A DNA stretch of 13,273 nt from Candidatus Hadarchaeota archaeon (GTDB lineage Archaea > CAYQAE01 > CAYVLA01): NCBI GenBank assembly GCA_964621445.1, contig CAZUNO010000046.1, positions 1 to 13,273 of the forward strand, in the 5' to 3' direction. Every line of letters starts with the position of its first letter. Within the stretch, counting starts at the first letter, position 1. This document shows positions 1 through 7,747 of the stretch, in pieces. The position numbers and the translations under genes are program-made. Below the pieces are notes generated by a model. The model worked only from the letters and a program-made list of their open reading frames with translations. It had not been told where the DNA came from and ran no database searches.

Positions 1-47
1 AGATCCAGTGGCGAAGGCCTCCGTGGGTTCGAACCCCACCCCCCGCA
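1..47 (+). tRNA. tRNA-Leu, 3' half (5' part outside window; anticodon probably CAA or UAA)
   Basis: Anticodon-stem 3' strand TCCAG (4-8), long variable arm GGC-GAAG-GCC, T-arm GTGGG-TTCGAAC-CCCAC (23-39), acceptor strand CCCCCGC (40-46), discriminator A47, no encoded CCA. A long variable arm with discriminator A and a GCGGGGG-pairing acceptor fits archaeal tRNA-Leu. The leading AGA read as positions 36-38 implies an anticodon ending in A. Confidence 0.9.
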
Positions 48-57
48 CATTTTACCA
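27..57 (+). repeat. attL-like direct repeat (tRNA-Leu 3' end plus trailer)
   Basis: GTTCGAACCCCACCCCCCGCACATTTTACCA; matches 12975-13004 with 10 identical nt at the 5' end and 16 identical nt (CCCGCACATTTTACCA, 42-57) at the 3' end. Confidence 0.85.
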
Positions 58-181
58 GCAGGGTACATAAGGAATCCCAGAATCGTCTCTTAGACTTGGC
101 GAAAAAGAGCAGAAATTCAACGCGGTACAGCCCCTGGCTAAGAAGGATAAGCCATAACGGGGAAAAACCGGGAAGAGGAAA

Positions 182-560
182 TGGATAATCGACCCCCATA
201 TGCATGAGGTTCGACGAGAACGGCAACCCCAGGGACTATTAATGCACCTGCAAAGGACCGCTCCCAACAGTCAGCGACATACTCGAGAAAAGAAGAGCCC
301 AAGGCAGGCAGAACCCGGAGACCATCGACCGTTGGCTGGAGGGAGCGCAACTAAATCCCCGGATGGAGAAATCATCATCTGTTTCCACCATCGAGCCGGA
401 CTCGATGATACTGGGAGACATGGACGGCGAACCGGACAACCCGTACTGGCAGTCACAGGGAGGAACAGTGATCTGGGACGACATATCCCTCCACACTCCA
501 CCCACAAACGGCCCACCAACAATACCCGCCACACCCCCCTCGGGCATTCCTCCTGGCACC
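182..560 (+). pseudogene. Decayed gene remnant, possibly a surface/secreted protein, 3'-truncated
   Basis: A protein-like reading WIIDP/ICMRFDENGNPRDY*CTCKGPLPTVSDILEK...GGTVIWDDISLHTPPTNGPPTIPATPPSG needs one frameshift (about 197) and passes an in-frame TAA (240-242). It ends in an NxPPxxPxxPxG-like linker where it runs into the opposite-strand GH38 sequence. Confidence 0.4.
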
Positions 561-2670
561 CCCGACTCCCTCCAGGTGCCCCGGTGTGGGTAGAGGCTGT
601 ATCTGAAGGAGTGGTCGCCCCTCTCCTCCGCCAGACACACATCGAATCCGGGTCGACATGTGGCAGACCCAGTCGGCGGCGGCCCTCGGCGTAACCCGGG
701 CATCCCGATATTGACCTCAGGAGCACCATCGCAATGCTCCCACTCCTGCACCAGTATCCCGGCGTCCCACCCTTGATAAGGGCGGCGCCGCGGCTGCCAT
801 CGGAGCAGTCGACGAAGGTCTGGGCGCAGTAATGCTGACCGATATCCCTCTCCGTCACAGCGAAGGGGGCCTCGTAGCTTGCCCTTGCCATCGACCACCG
901 AATGTTCAGCGGAAAGCGTACCTCAACCACCCAGTCACCCCCATGGTAGTCGACTAGCTCGGTCTCGAAATCGATCCTCGGCAGGCCATTCCAGAGGAAG
1001 ATCCGCTGGACCCGGCGGCATCCGATGAAGGGCCCCTCGACCTCGACCCAGCTTCCGAGCTGGTCCTCGAACGCCTCGACCCTCGGCCTCGGTTCTGCAT
1101 CCGGTCGAAGGATGCGACCGGTCAGGCGAAGCGTACCCTCCAGATCGGGATTCTCCTCCTCAAGAGCGACTAGCTCGTTTCCCGGCCCGGACAGGACTTT
1201 CCATCCCGTTTCCTTGTGGATAACCCGGGCGATGTTTCCGGTCTCGGCATCCACCTCCACACGCAGGGCCTCGTTTTCTATCGTGGGTTCATGCAGGGCA
1301 TGGACCTGCGACCCCTTCCCCGAACTCGATATCCTGTAACTTCGATGACCGAATGATGGCAGGTTCCTGGCGAGCAGAACCCTCTCGTTCTCCCCGGCCC
1401 TGGACCTGACCGGGACGTCAACCTCACCGTCCGTCAGGGAAGTACGATCGCCGAAATCGGGCAGGTCGAAGGAACAGATCTCCGATCTGACTAGGCTCGA
1501 ATGGTTGAAGACCACGAGCCCATCGCGCTCCTCGCGAGCGTCACATAGGGCCTTCACCGAGGATACTGCGATTTGCCGTGAGATATCGCTGACCGCCCTC
1601 AACCTATCCATAGCCGAGCGGTAGACCCCGTCGTGGTGGCTGCCCGCGATGATATCGTGGAAGTGATTGTAGAGGAGCAGCCTCCAAGCAGCCCCGAGAT
1701 CCTCCTTGCCACGAACCCCGTTAACCCATGCCAGTGTGGATGCGGCTTCAGCGCCCAGGAGCTGCGATTCGACGAAACGGTTCATCTTCTTGAGGCCGAT
1801 CCTGTTATCGTAAGTCCCCCTCAGATCCCCGTCCAGCGGCGGGTTGAAGTCCATATCCAACACCGGGAGCTCGGGACGATGTTCCATCAGGTCCTCGAAG
1901 AACCTTGAGGGCGTCGAGATCCCCACCCATTCGATATCGATGCCCAGATCCGCAGCGGCCCCCCTCACAAAGGGGAGGATCTCACCCGACATCTCCCGCG
2001 GATATGTGATATCGCAGCCCCAGGGAAGCAGAACCACGCTGGAGGACCTGTGTGCCTCCACTTCTCGAAGCACCTGGCGAACGTTTTCTTCTCCGCAGCA
2101 GTAGTGGCCGGACATCCAGTGGCTGGTGATCGTGCTGCCATCGGGAGACCGGTAGAGGAATTCGGATGGCATCTCGCCGGACATGGAGGGCGGAACGCCC
2201 CGGGAGAAGACGAACCAGCGGTAGCCCGATTTCGACAGTATCTGGGGCAGCTGCGTGCACTGACCGAAAGTGTCGATGTTCCAGGCGCAGGTCACATCAG
2301 TATCCAGCTTGGTCCTGAACCACCTCTTCCCCTCCACGATCTGCCTGATCAGACACTCGCCCTTCGGCTCGGCTACCTCGGGCTGTACGTACATTCCCCC
2401 GACGACCTCGAAATTCCCAGCCTTCACTCGATCCCTGAGAGAGGAACGCATGTCGCCCGGAAGCGATTTCAGAACGGGAGCCAGAACCGTGACCTGATCC
2501 TGGCTGAAGCGGAACTCTGGATCCCTCTCCATCATCTCCAATGCGGACCTCACCACCCTGACCGAGAAGCGCTCGCCCTCCTCTCCTGTCCAGTACCACT
2601 CCGTATCTATGTGGGAATGCGGCACCACGTGAATCCTCAGGGCATCGCTCGCCAAATCGCCACACCTCAC
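271..2670 (-). CDS. Glycoside hydrolase family 38 alpha-mannosidase-like protein; frameshifted near 638 and 3'-truncated (start probably TTG at 2655)
   Basis: GH38 motifs HSHIDTEW (Zn ligands), VGGMYVQPE, GECLIRQ, WNIDTFG (nucleophile Asp) and YNHFHDIIAGS, then beta-sandwich segments IENEALRV and PRIDFET. SD-like GAGGTG lies just upstream of TTG 2655. The last ~120 codons of the listed ORF are off-frame. No signal peptide. Confidence 0.9.
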   Translation of the reverse strand: MRCGDLASDALRIHVVPHSHIDTEWYWTGEEGERFSVRVVRSALEMMERDPEFRFSQDQVTVLAPVLKSLPGDMRSSLRDRVKAGNFEVVGGMYVQPEVAEPKGECLIRQIVEGKRWFRTKLDTDVTCAWNIDTFGQCTQLPQILSKSGYRWFVFSRGVPPSMSGEMPSEFLYRSPDGSTITSHWMSGHYCCGEENVRQVLREVEAHRSSSVVLLPWGCDITYPREMSGEILPFVRGAAADLGIDIEWVGISTPSRFFEDLMEHRPELPVLDMDFNPPLDGDLRGTYDNRIGLKKMNRFVESQLLGAEAASTLAWVNGVRGKEDLGAAWRLLLYNHFHDIIAGSHHDGVYRSAMDRLRAVSDISRQIAVSSVKALCDAREERDGLVVFNHSSLVRSEICSFDLPDFGDRTSLTDGEVDVPVRSRAGENERVLLARNLPSFGHRSYRISSSGKGSQVHALHEPTIENEALRVEVDAETGNIARVIHKETGWKVLSGPGNELVALEEENPDLEGTLRLTGRILRPDAEPRPRVEAFEDQLGSWVEVEGPFIGCRRVQRIFLWNGLPRIDFETELVDYHGGDWVVEVRFPLNIRWSMARASYEAPFAVTERDIGQHYCAQTFVDCSDGSRGAALIKGGTPGYWCRSGSIAMVLLRSISGCPGYAEGRRRLGLPHVDPDSMCVWRRRGATTPSDTASTHTGAPGGSRGCQEECPRGVWRVLLVGRLWVECGGICRPRSLFLPVTASTGCPVRRPCLPVSSSPARWWKQMMISPSGDLVALPPANGRWSPGSACLGLFFSRVCR
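555..640 (-). pseudogene. Out-of-frame C-terminal segment of the GH38 gene
   Basis: LAEERGDHSFRYSLYPHRGTWRESGVP in the 239..898 frame is the GH38 C-terminal GxHxFxYxLxPH motif. Resemblance to GH38 stops at about 555. Confidence 0.75.
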
Positions 2671-3464
2671 CTGATTAGGCGGAACCCGAACCTCCCCGGT
2701 CCGACCCTTCTGGCGCGACCCCCGATCTCGAGAATCGCCACCACGTTGGTTCTACCGCTCCATCCCTTCCCGGTTCTGTGAAGGGTCACGTAGGGACGGA
2801 TAGCTATCTCGTCCCCCGGCCCGTACTCGTGAACCTCGACCTCCGACAGATCAAGATCTCCAACGGCCTCGGCAAGCGTGATCCTCCTGCCCTCTGCCCT
2901 CTCGATCACTGCCCAGCGCTGGCGCCTCCTGTCGACAAGGCGAGCCCCCTCGAAGTAGCGGTGGCCGGTGAAAAGCAGCTCGGTTTCCGAGATGACCTCC
3001 CGTTCCCCCGCCTTCTCACCCTTGAATCGGCCCATCCTTCCCCCGTGCTCGACGCGAAGTTGCACCCCCTCGCCGATCGACCGGGCCTCCAGGACCCTGA
3101 ACGAGGAGGACCTCCTATCGTTGGAGATAAAGGCGAACTCGCCAACGCATCCCTCCGGATCGAAGCCCGGAGTTCCCTCGATCTCAACCCAGCCCTCCTC
3201 CATGACCCTCCCTATTCTCCCTCTCGGAAGGGCCTCGACCTCCAAGCTCGCCCACGGGCATCTCAGCCCGACCCCATCGATGAAGACCTCCTTGGGATCC
3301 CCCTCAGAATCAAAGCCTATCGCGAGGAAATGTCCCCTGAATTCGATGGATCGGTGGCGGAGGCGGGACTCGGGCTCGGCAGAGCTCATCACAAGATACC
3401 GCCGATCCTTCCTTCTCACCTCCAGGCCCACGGGAAGGACTAGGCCGTCCGACCGGATGGTCAC
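2667..3464 (-). CDS. Beta-rich hypothetical protein; probably the C-terminal part of the upstream heparinase II/III-like protein
   Basis: 265-aa ORF with the same GC-rich character as its neighbours and GTGA overlaps at both ends. No well-spaced SD before GTG 3464. One extra G at the junction would fuse it to 3461..5662. Confidence 0.7.
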   Translation of the reverse strand: MTIRSDGLVLPVGLEVRRKDRRYLVMSSAEPESRLRHRSIEFRGHFLAIGFDSEGDPKEVFIDGVGLRCPWASLEVEALPRGRIGRVMEEGWVEIEGTPGFDPEGCVGEFAFISNDRRSSSFRVLEARSIGEGVQLRVEHGGRMGRFKGEKAGEREVISETELLFTGHRYFEGARLVDRRRQRWAVIERAEGRRITLAEAVGDLDLSEVEVHEYGPGDEIAIRPYVTLHRTGKGWSGRTNVVAILEIGGRARRVGPGRFGFRLIR

Positions 3465-5662
3465 TCCCTCACGGACTCAATTGTGCGCGCATCACGATAC
3501 GCCTCCCCTACCGCGACGAATACACTCTCCAGTTCCTGACCCCCGTTCCGGAGTATTACATATCTGAGAGATTCCGGGTTGCTAGGCCTCAAAGGAGGGT
3601 TCCCGGAGCAGACGGCGACCTCCCGGCAGCTATGGGGGAAGTGGAACCTGACGCCGCAGGAATCCGAACGCCAGTCGGCCCACCAGCTCCCCTTTGGCTC
3701 TCCGGCCTCGACATCGTAGAGATACGAGAACCCGCTACCTCGATACGAGTAGAAGGATCGTTCCTTATCGTGCGATTCCAGCTCCGGGTCATCGTAGAGG
3801 TATGCAAATGGGATATCGCGGCCAGCCAGCGTGCCCTTTCGATTCCACAGTTCGATTCCGCCGGAACTGAAATCCCCCGGCTTACCGTGAAGCGAGTAGT
3901 CGTGAGCCGTCCCCCCTGAAACCCTGAATATGTCCAGGAAGAAGGGCTCCTCTCGATCGATTATGGCTATCGTTCTGGTGTATACATCGGTGCAGTCATA
4001 GCTCCGGTTCGCCTCCGCCTCGGCCATCTCTACGAAACCCCGCGAGTGGAAGGCCCGAAGCCACCCAGCGCAACCGTTGTACTGCTTCCTCTCGTTCACG
4101 GTCACGGTATTGTGGGCTATTGTGTTGCGCTCCCATGCCGGCGGCGCCTTGCTTTCGGCCGCGAACTGCGGGTAGCCGAGGTCGGGCGTCAGCCTCTCCC
4201 CGCATCCGAATAGCTCGATCCCGAGCCTATCATGATGGCCGTGGCCGTTCTTTCTGCCGAAGAACATTGAGCATTCCAGCCCCGCGTTTCTGAGAATCAC
4301 CAGGCCATACCCCGGCAGGCAGTCGCTCGAGAGCCGGCGTTTCTTGTGAGAAGCTTTGGCCGCATCTTCCGCCGGTTTCCGGAACAGGTCCTCGTAGCAT
4401 TCGAAAGAGCCACTGGCCGATCGGACGAACTCCTGGGTCCCAAAGATCTCGCGGGCCCTACGAGCATCACCATCCCCGAGGACTATCTTACCAGAGGAAA
4501 CGGACCCCGAATCACCTATCGCCGGCGTATACCTGCCAAGGCACACCATCCTCTCCGGGGCCTCGAGCATCCTTCGCAGCCTCTCCCGACGAGGGTAGCT
4601 GTGACCCAGTGAATCCAAGTGGTGGGCCACCTTGAGAAGGTTCCTGATCCAGGTGAAGCAGTAGCCAGGTGCGTTCTCGTAGGCGACCCCGTCCCGATAC
4701 ACGAAGTTCTCCATGGCGTAGCTGATCCCCTGGTGGTGATACCCCCCTCCGGGATTGTTGAGCAGGAAATCCAGCCATTCCTCCGTGACATCATCTTTAT
4801 CCAGGGCCTTGAGCACGACCATCGCCGCATGCTGGTGCATGCCGTAGTTGCCGACGATCCTATCGTCCCTTATGCCCCGCAGCCCCTCCACCAGCACTCT
4901 CTCCTCCAGGAATTCTTTCTCCTCCTGGGGACCCTTTCCGACGAAGCGCGATGAGTCTCGTAGGACGTAATCCCTGATGTTGGCGATAGACTCGGCGAGA
5001 TCCCTGATCACGTTCGTCTCCCATATCCGGTTTACGATCTTTCCGGTGTATCCAGGTCTGAACTCACGCGCGTACCTGGACTGCCTGTTGTAGTCCATCG
5101 CCGTGTAGTACTCCGCGATCCTGTCGAGGAGCAGGAGACACTTCCGTCCGTAGACCTCCTTTCCCGTAAGAAGATATGCCCTGGAGAGCGCCAGCACGCC
5201 CGGGACCAGATAGTTGTACCAGTACCAGTGACAGTAGTAGGCAACAAACCAGTGAGCGTTTGCATCTCCCCATTTCCTCCATCCCCAGCCATCGTCCGCG
5301 TACTCGCCGGTGAGGAGGGGGCGCTCAGCCATACCCGAGTAAAGGTATGCCTGGAAGTCGTTGGACGGATACTCCTCGCCCCCAACCGGGCACTTCAGCT
5401 TCCAGGGACGCCTGAAGGGATCCATGATCCACGAGTAGTTGCCGTACTTGAACAGCTCCATCCCGTGTACCGGGCAGCCTTCGAACGAGCTGTTGAAGGC
5501 CCTGGGGACCTCGGGCGGTGGAACCATCTCCGGCAGATATTCATCCGAGATACGGACCCATGGTGATACACTCTTCTCAATTTCCTTGAGAATGCGCCTC
5601 GCACCATCGTACCTGGCGAGATTACTGCGAGCCGTTTTCAGCGGACCATGGATGCATGTCAC
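3461..5662 (-). CDS. Heparinase II/III-family (oligosaccharide lyase-like) protein
   Basis: C-terminal heparinase II/III signature GHGHHDRLGIELFG...LTPDLGYP...WERNTIAHNTVTVN and YTRTIAII...DIFRVSGG. Helical middle with GNYGMH and YENAPGY. No signal peptide. Confidence 0.85.
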   Translation of the reverse strand: MTCIHGPLKTARSNLARYDGARRILKEIEKSVSPWVRISDEYLPEMVPPPEVPRAFNSSFEGCPVHGMELFKYGNYSWIMDPFRRPWKLKCPVGGEEYPSNDFQAYLYSGMAERPLLTGEYADDGWGWRKWGDANAHWFVAYYCHWYWYNYLVPGVLALSRAYLLTGKEVYGRKCLLLLDRIAEYYTAMDYNRQSRYAREFRPGYTGKIVNRIWETNVIRDLAESIANIRDYVLRDSSRFVGKGPQEEKEFLEERVLVEGLRGIRDDRIVGNYGMHQHAAMVVLKALDKDDVTEEWLDFLLNNPGGGYHHQGISYAMENFVYRDGVAYENAPGYCFTWIRNLLKVAHHLDSLGHSYPRRERLRRMLEAPERMVCLGRYTPAIGDSGSVSSGKIVLGDGDARRAREIFGTQEFVRSASGSFECYEDLFRKPAEDAAKASHKKRRLSSDCLPGYGLVILRNAGLECSMFFGRKNGHGHHDRLGIELFGCGERLTPDLGYPQFAAESKAPPAWERNTIAHNTVTVNERKQYNGCAGWLRAFHSRGFVEMAEAEANRSYDCTDVYTRTIAIIDREEPFFLDIFRVSGGTAHDYSLHGKPGDFSSGGIELWNRKGTLAGRDIPFAYLYDDPELESHDKERSFYSYRGSGFSYLYDVEAGEPKGSWWADWRSDSCGVRFHFPHSCREVAVCSGNPPLRPSNPESLRYVILRNGGQELESVFVAVGEAYRDARTIESVRE

Positions 5663-5684
5663 GGCCAGCGGCCAACGGGACTTG

Positions 5685-5700
5685 GCTAAAAAGGTTACTC
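5685..5700 (-). promoter_or_regulatory. Putative archaeal BRE/TATA promoter of the lyase-GH38 operon (leaderless)
   Basis: Minus strand GAGTAACCTTTTTAGC; the TTTTTAG box ends about 24 nt upstream of GTG 5662. Confidence 0.5.
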
Positions 5701-5756
5701 CAAGTTATGGTCATGGAGTCGAACACCCAACTCAACAAACCCCGCCTATACAGAGG

Positions 5757-6212
5757 TTATGTAGCCTGCGAGGCCACCGCGTACCTGGACCTCCCGTATA
5801 TCTCGAGGGCCCGGCCGAGCGGCCCGGAGTACTCCCAGGCCACCGAATCCCAGTTCCTGGGACGACCCCGGTAACCGATATGATAGGACACCTTGATATT
5901 TCCCCGATCGTCAAGAACATACACGTACTCCGTGTCTCCATGGATGTGGTCGGCATCCGTTGGGCAGATACCCACCCCCAGCTTCTCGGCCCCGCACCTC
6001 ATTGCGGCCAGCCGGGATTTGAACCAATACACAAGGTTGGCGGCAGCGTACTCAAGATCGTGCAGGGGGCGTGGCTCGGGCGCCTTCGTCAACCATGCCG
6101 AGAACTCGACTATATCGGAGATCACCCCCTCCGGGTATCCATCCGAGTGCTTGTAGATCACGGCCACAGGATTGCCCCTCTCCTCGAAACGGATCTGTGC
6201 CCTGGTAGACAT
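5757..6212 (-). CDS. Hypothetical protein of the MSTR...YxHxDGYPxG type (phage/mobile-element-associated, function unknown), 151 aa
   Basis: ATG 6212 is preceded by G-rich GGGGGG. Motifs MSTRAQI, IYKHSDGYPEG and HGDTEYVY are a pattern I recognise from uncharacterised virus/MGE proteins. Confidence 0.8.
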   Translation of the reverse strand: MSTRAQIRFEERGNPVAVIYKHSDGYPEGVISDIVEFSAWLTKAPEPRPLHDLEYAAANLVYWFKSRLAAMRCGAEKLGVGICPTDADHIHGDTEYVYVLDDRGNIKVSYHIGYRGRPRNWDSVAWEYSGPLGRALEIYGRSRYAVASQAT

Positions 6213-6892
6213 GAGTAGAACCCCCCGTTCAGTTAGACAACGCATCGGGCCCCGTAGCGCCTACCGTCGGATCTTCCTTTCTTGCTGTGAATTCACTCCA
6301 GCCTCCCCGAGGTCTATGCCTCGGGCAAGATCTGCCGCCGGGAAAGACCTCGAACTTGTACCATGTCCCAGTAAACATTTCGGTCCCGAGTAGCCAGCGC
6401 GCTTACCTTTCTAAACGACGACGTGTTTCACGGCTGAATGACTTAAGAGGAATCGCGCGCATTCCGCAATTGTAGCATTCACTGCCGTCCGCTCACACGT
6501 GTAGTAATGTGCATATTCGACGGCCGCAGATTGAGCGTCTCTATTCCTGCTATCTTTTCCCCCTCACATGGCTTGAGCCAAGAAAAAGGGGCCGAGAAGT
6601 TATCACGGGAAGCTAATCCCCGACCTGTATTACTCTGTTCTCCAAGATCCATATCTAACCTATGACGAGGAATGCCAAGGCAGAAGTGAGAAGCCGTCAG
6701 AGTTTCCACTCATGGGGTTATTTATCGCCCTCTCAAAGGCCCTTTGTACGTACGGAGCCCTGAACCTGCTCCGCGAACCTCTCACAGCTCTAGCCTAGGC
6801 TTATCGTTCAATACCTGGCCACGCATTGAACAGGGTATCGATCAGCAAACTGCATAGCCGGGATGGATCCCCGGACCGAGACTTGCTGGCAG

Positions 6893-7594
6893 CTAGAGCT
6901 TCTTGTGGCAGAGCCACCAGTCGAAGCACTCGAACTCGCCGGCCTTGGCCTTCTCCAGCCGGTCCTTCGCGGTCTTCACGTCCTTGGCGGGCGAAACGAT
7001 TACGTGATCCTGGACCAGTTCGTTCTCGGGCCAGTTAGCGGGCATGGCTACGCCATTCTCATCGGAGATCTGCATCGCCTTTACCACGCGGACGATCTCG
7101 TCCATGTTCCTCCCCAGTTCCTGGGGGTAGTAGAGTATGATTCTGATCATGCCCTCGCTATCGACCACGAACACGGCCCTGACGGTGTTGGTGCCCTTGC
7201 CCGGATGTATTAGTCCCAGCGTCTCGGCAACCTTCCCGGTGTCAGCGATTATCGGGAACTCTATCTCTACGTCCAGGTTGTCCTTGATCCACTCCTCCCA
7301 TTTGATGTGGGCGAATACCTGGTCAACGCTGAGGCCTATCAGCTCGCAGTTCAGCTCCTTAAATTGGTCGTATCTCTTCTGAAATGCGACGAACTCCGTG
7401 GTGCACACGGGTGTGAAATCCGCAGGGTGGCTGAAGAGAACGAACCACTTGCCCGCGAAGGCGTCCGGCAGATCCATCGGCCCGTGAGTCGTGACTACGC
7501 TCAGTTCGGGGAACCTGTCCCCGAGCAACGGCATTCCTCTTTTTTTCTTCCATGACAAACTTCCTCCGTGGAGGTCTTCGGACTTGTCTACCAT
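6893..7594 (-). CDS. Peroxiredoxin, Prx6 subfamily (archaeal type with C-terminal CxDWWxC); true start uncertain (7594, 7553 with a frameshift, or 7534)
   Basis: [15 protein letters not shown] peroxidatic motif, [23 protein letters not shown], and C-terminal [10 protein letters not shown] as in archaeal/thermophile Prx6 enzymes. Confidence 0.97.
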   Translation of the reverse strand: MVDKSEDLHGGSLSWKKKRGMPLLGDRFPELSVVTTHGPMDLPDAFAGKWFVLFSHPADFTPVCTTEFVAFQKRYDQFKELNCELIGLSVDQVFAHIKWEEWIKDNLDVEIEFPIIADTGKVAETLGLIHPGKGTNTVRAVFVVDSEGMIRIILYYPQELGRNMDEIVRVVKAMQISDENGVAMPANWPENELVQDHVIVSPAKDVKTAKDRLEKAKAGEFECFDWWLCHKKL

Positions 7595-7718
7595 GAATCT
7601 CTCTATTAAAGATATCGCAAGTGCTCTTTAAGTCCTGATTCCGGTCAACCGAAGGGCAGATCACTGTCTATCACAGCATAATCAGGGATTTCGGCACATG
7701 GGCATATCGGGATATCCA

Positions 7719-7734
7719 TTGAAATACTTAAGAG
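7719..7734 (+). promoter_or_regulatory. Putative BRE/TATA for the 411-aa gene
   Basis: TTGAAATACTTAAGAG; the CTTAAG box lies about 25 nt before in-frame GTG 7757, suggesting a leaderless start there. Confidence 0.4.
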
Positions 7735-7747
7735 TCGTAGGCGGAGC

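Noticed and set aside
27-190. SSV1-type split integrase fragment overlapping attL, and likewise ORF 12944..13186 across attR
   Set aside because: Frames next to attL close quickly, and neither region shows tyrosine-recombinase R...HxxR...Y motifs.
1025-5566. Many + strand and alternate-frame ORFs (e.g. 2050..2781, 2778..3443, 2968..3567)
   Set aside because: Shadow ORFs of GC-rich minus-strand genes that carry clear family motifs.
5703-5708. AGTTAT half-site matching the DUF2080 operator near the lyase promoter
   Set aside because: A single hexamer without its inverted partner; expected by chance.
6229-6378. 49-codon minus-strand ORF (MFTGTWYKFEVFPGG...) and a 7-bp hairpin CCCGAGG/CCTCGGG at 6306-6325
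   Set aside because: No recognisable motif, and a 7-bp stem is expected by chance in GC-rich DNA.
6479-6709. 76-aa minus-strand ORF
   Set aside because: No motif or convincing start signal; may be decayed sequence but cannot be supported.
6790-6875. Short inverted repeats downstream of the peroxiredoxin (GTTCAAT/ATTGAAC; CCGGGA/TCCCCGG)
   Set aside because: Stems are short, there is no U-tract, and no coherent RNA fold can be supported.
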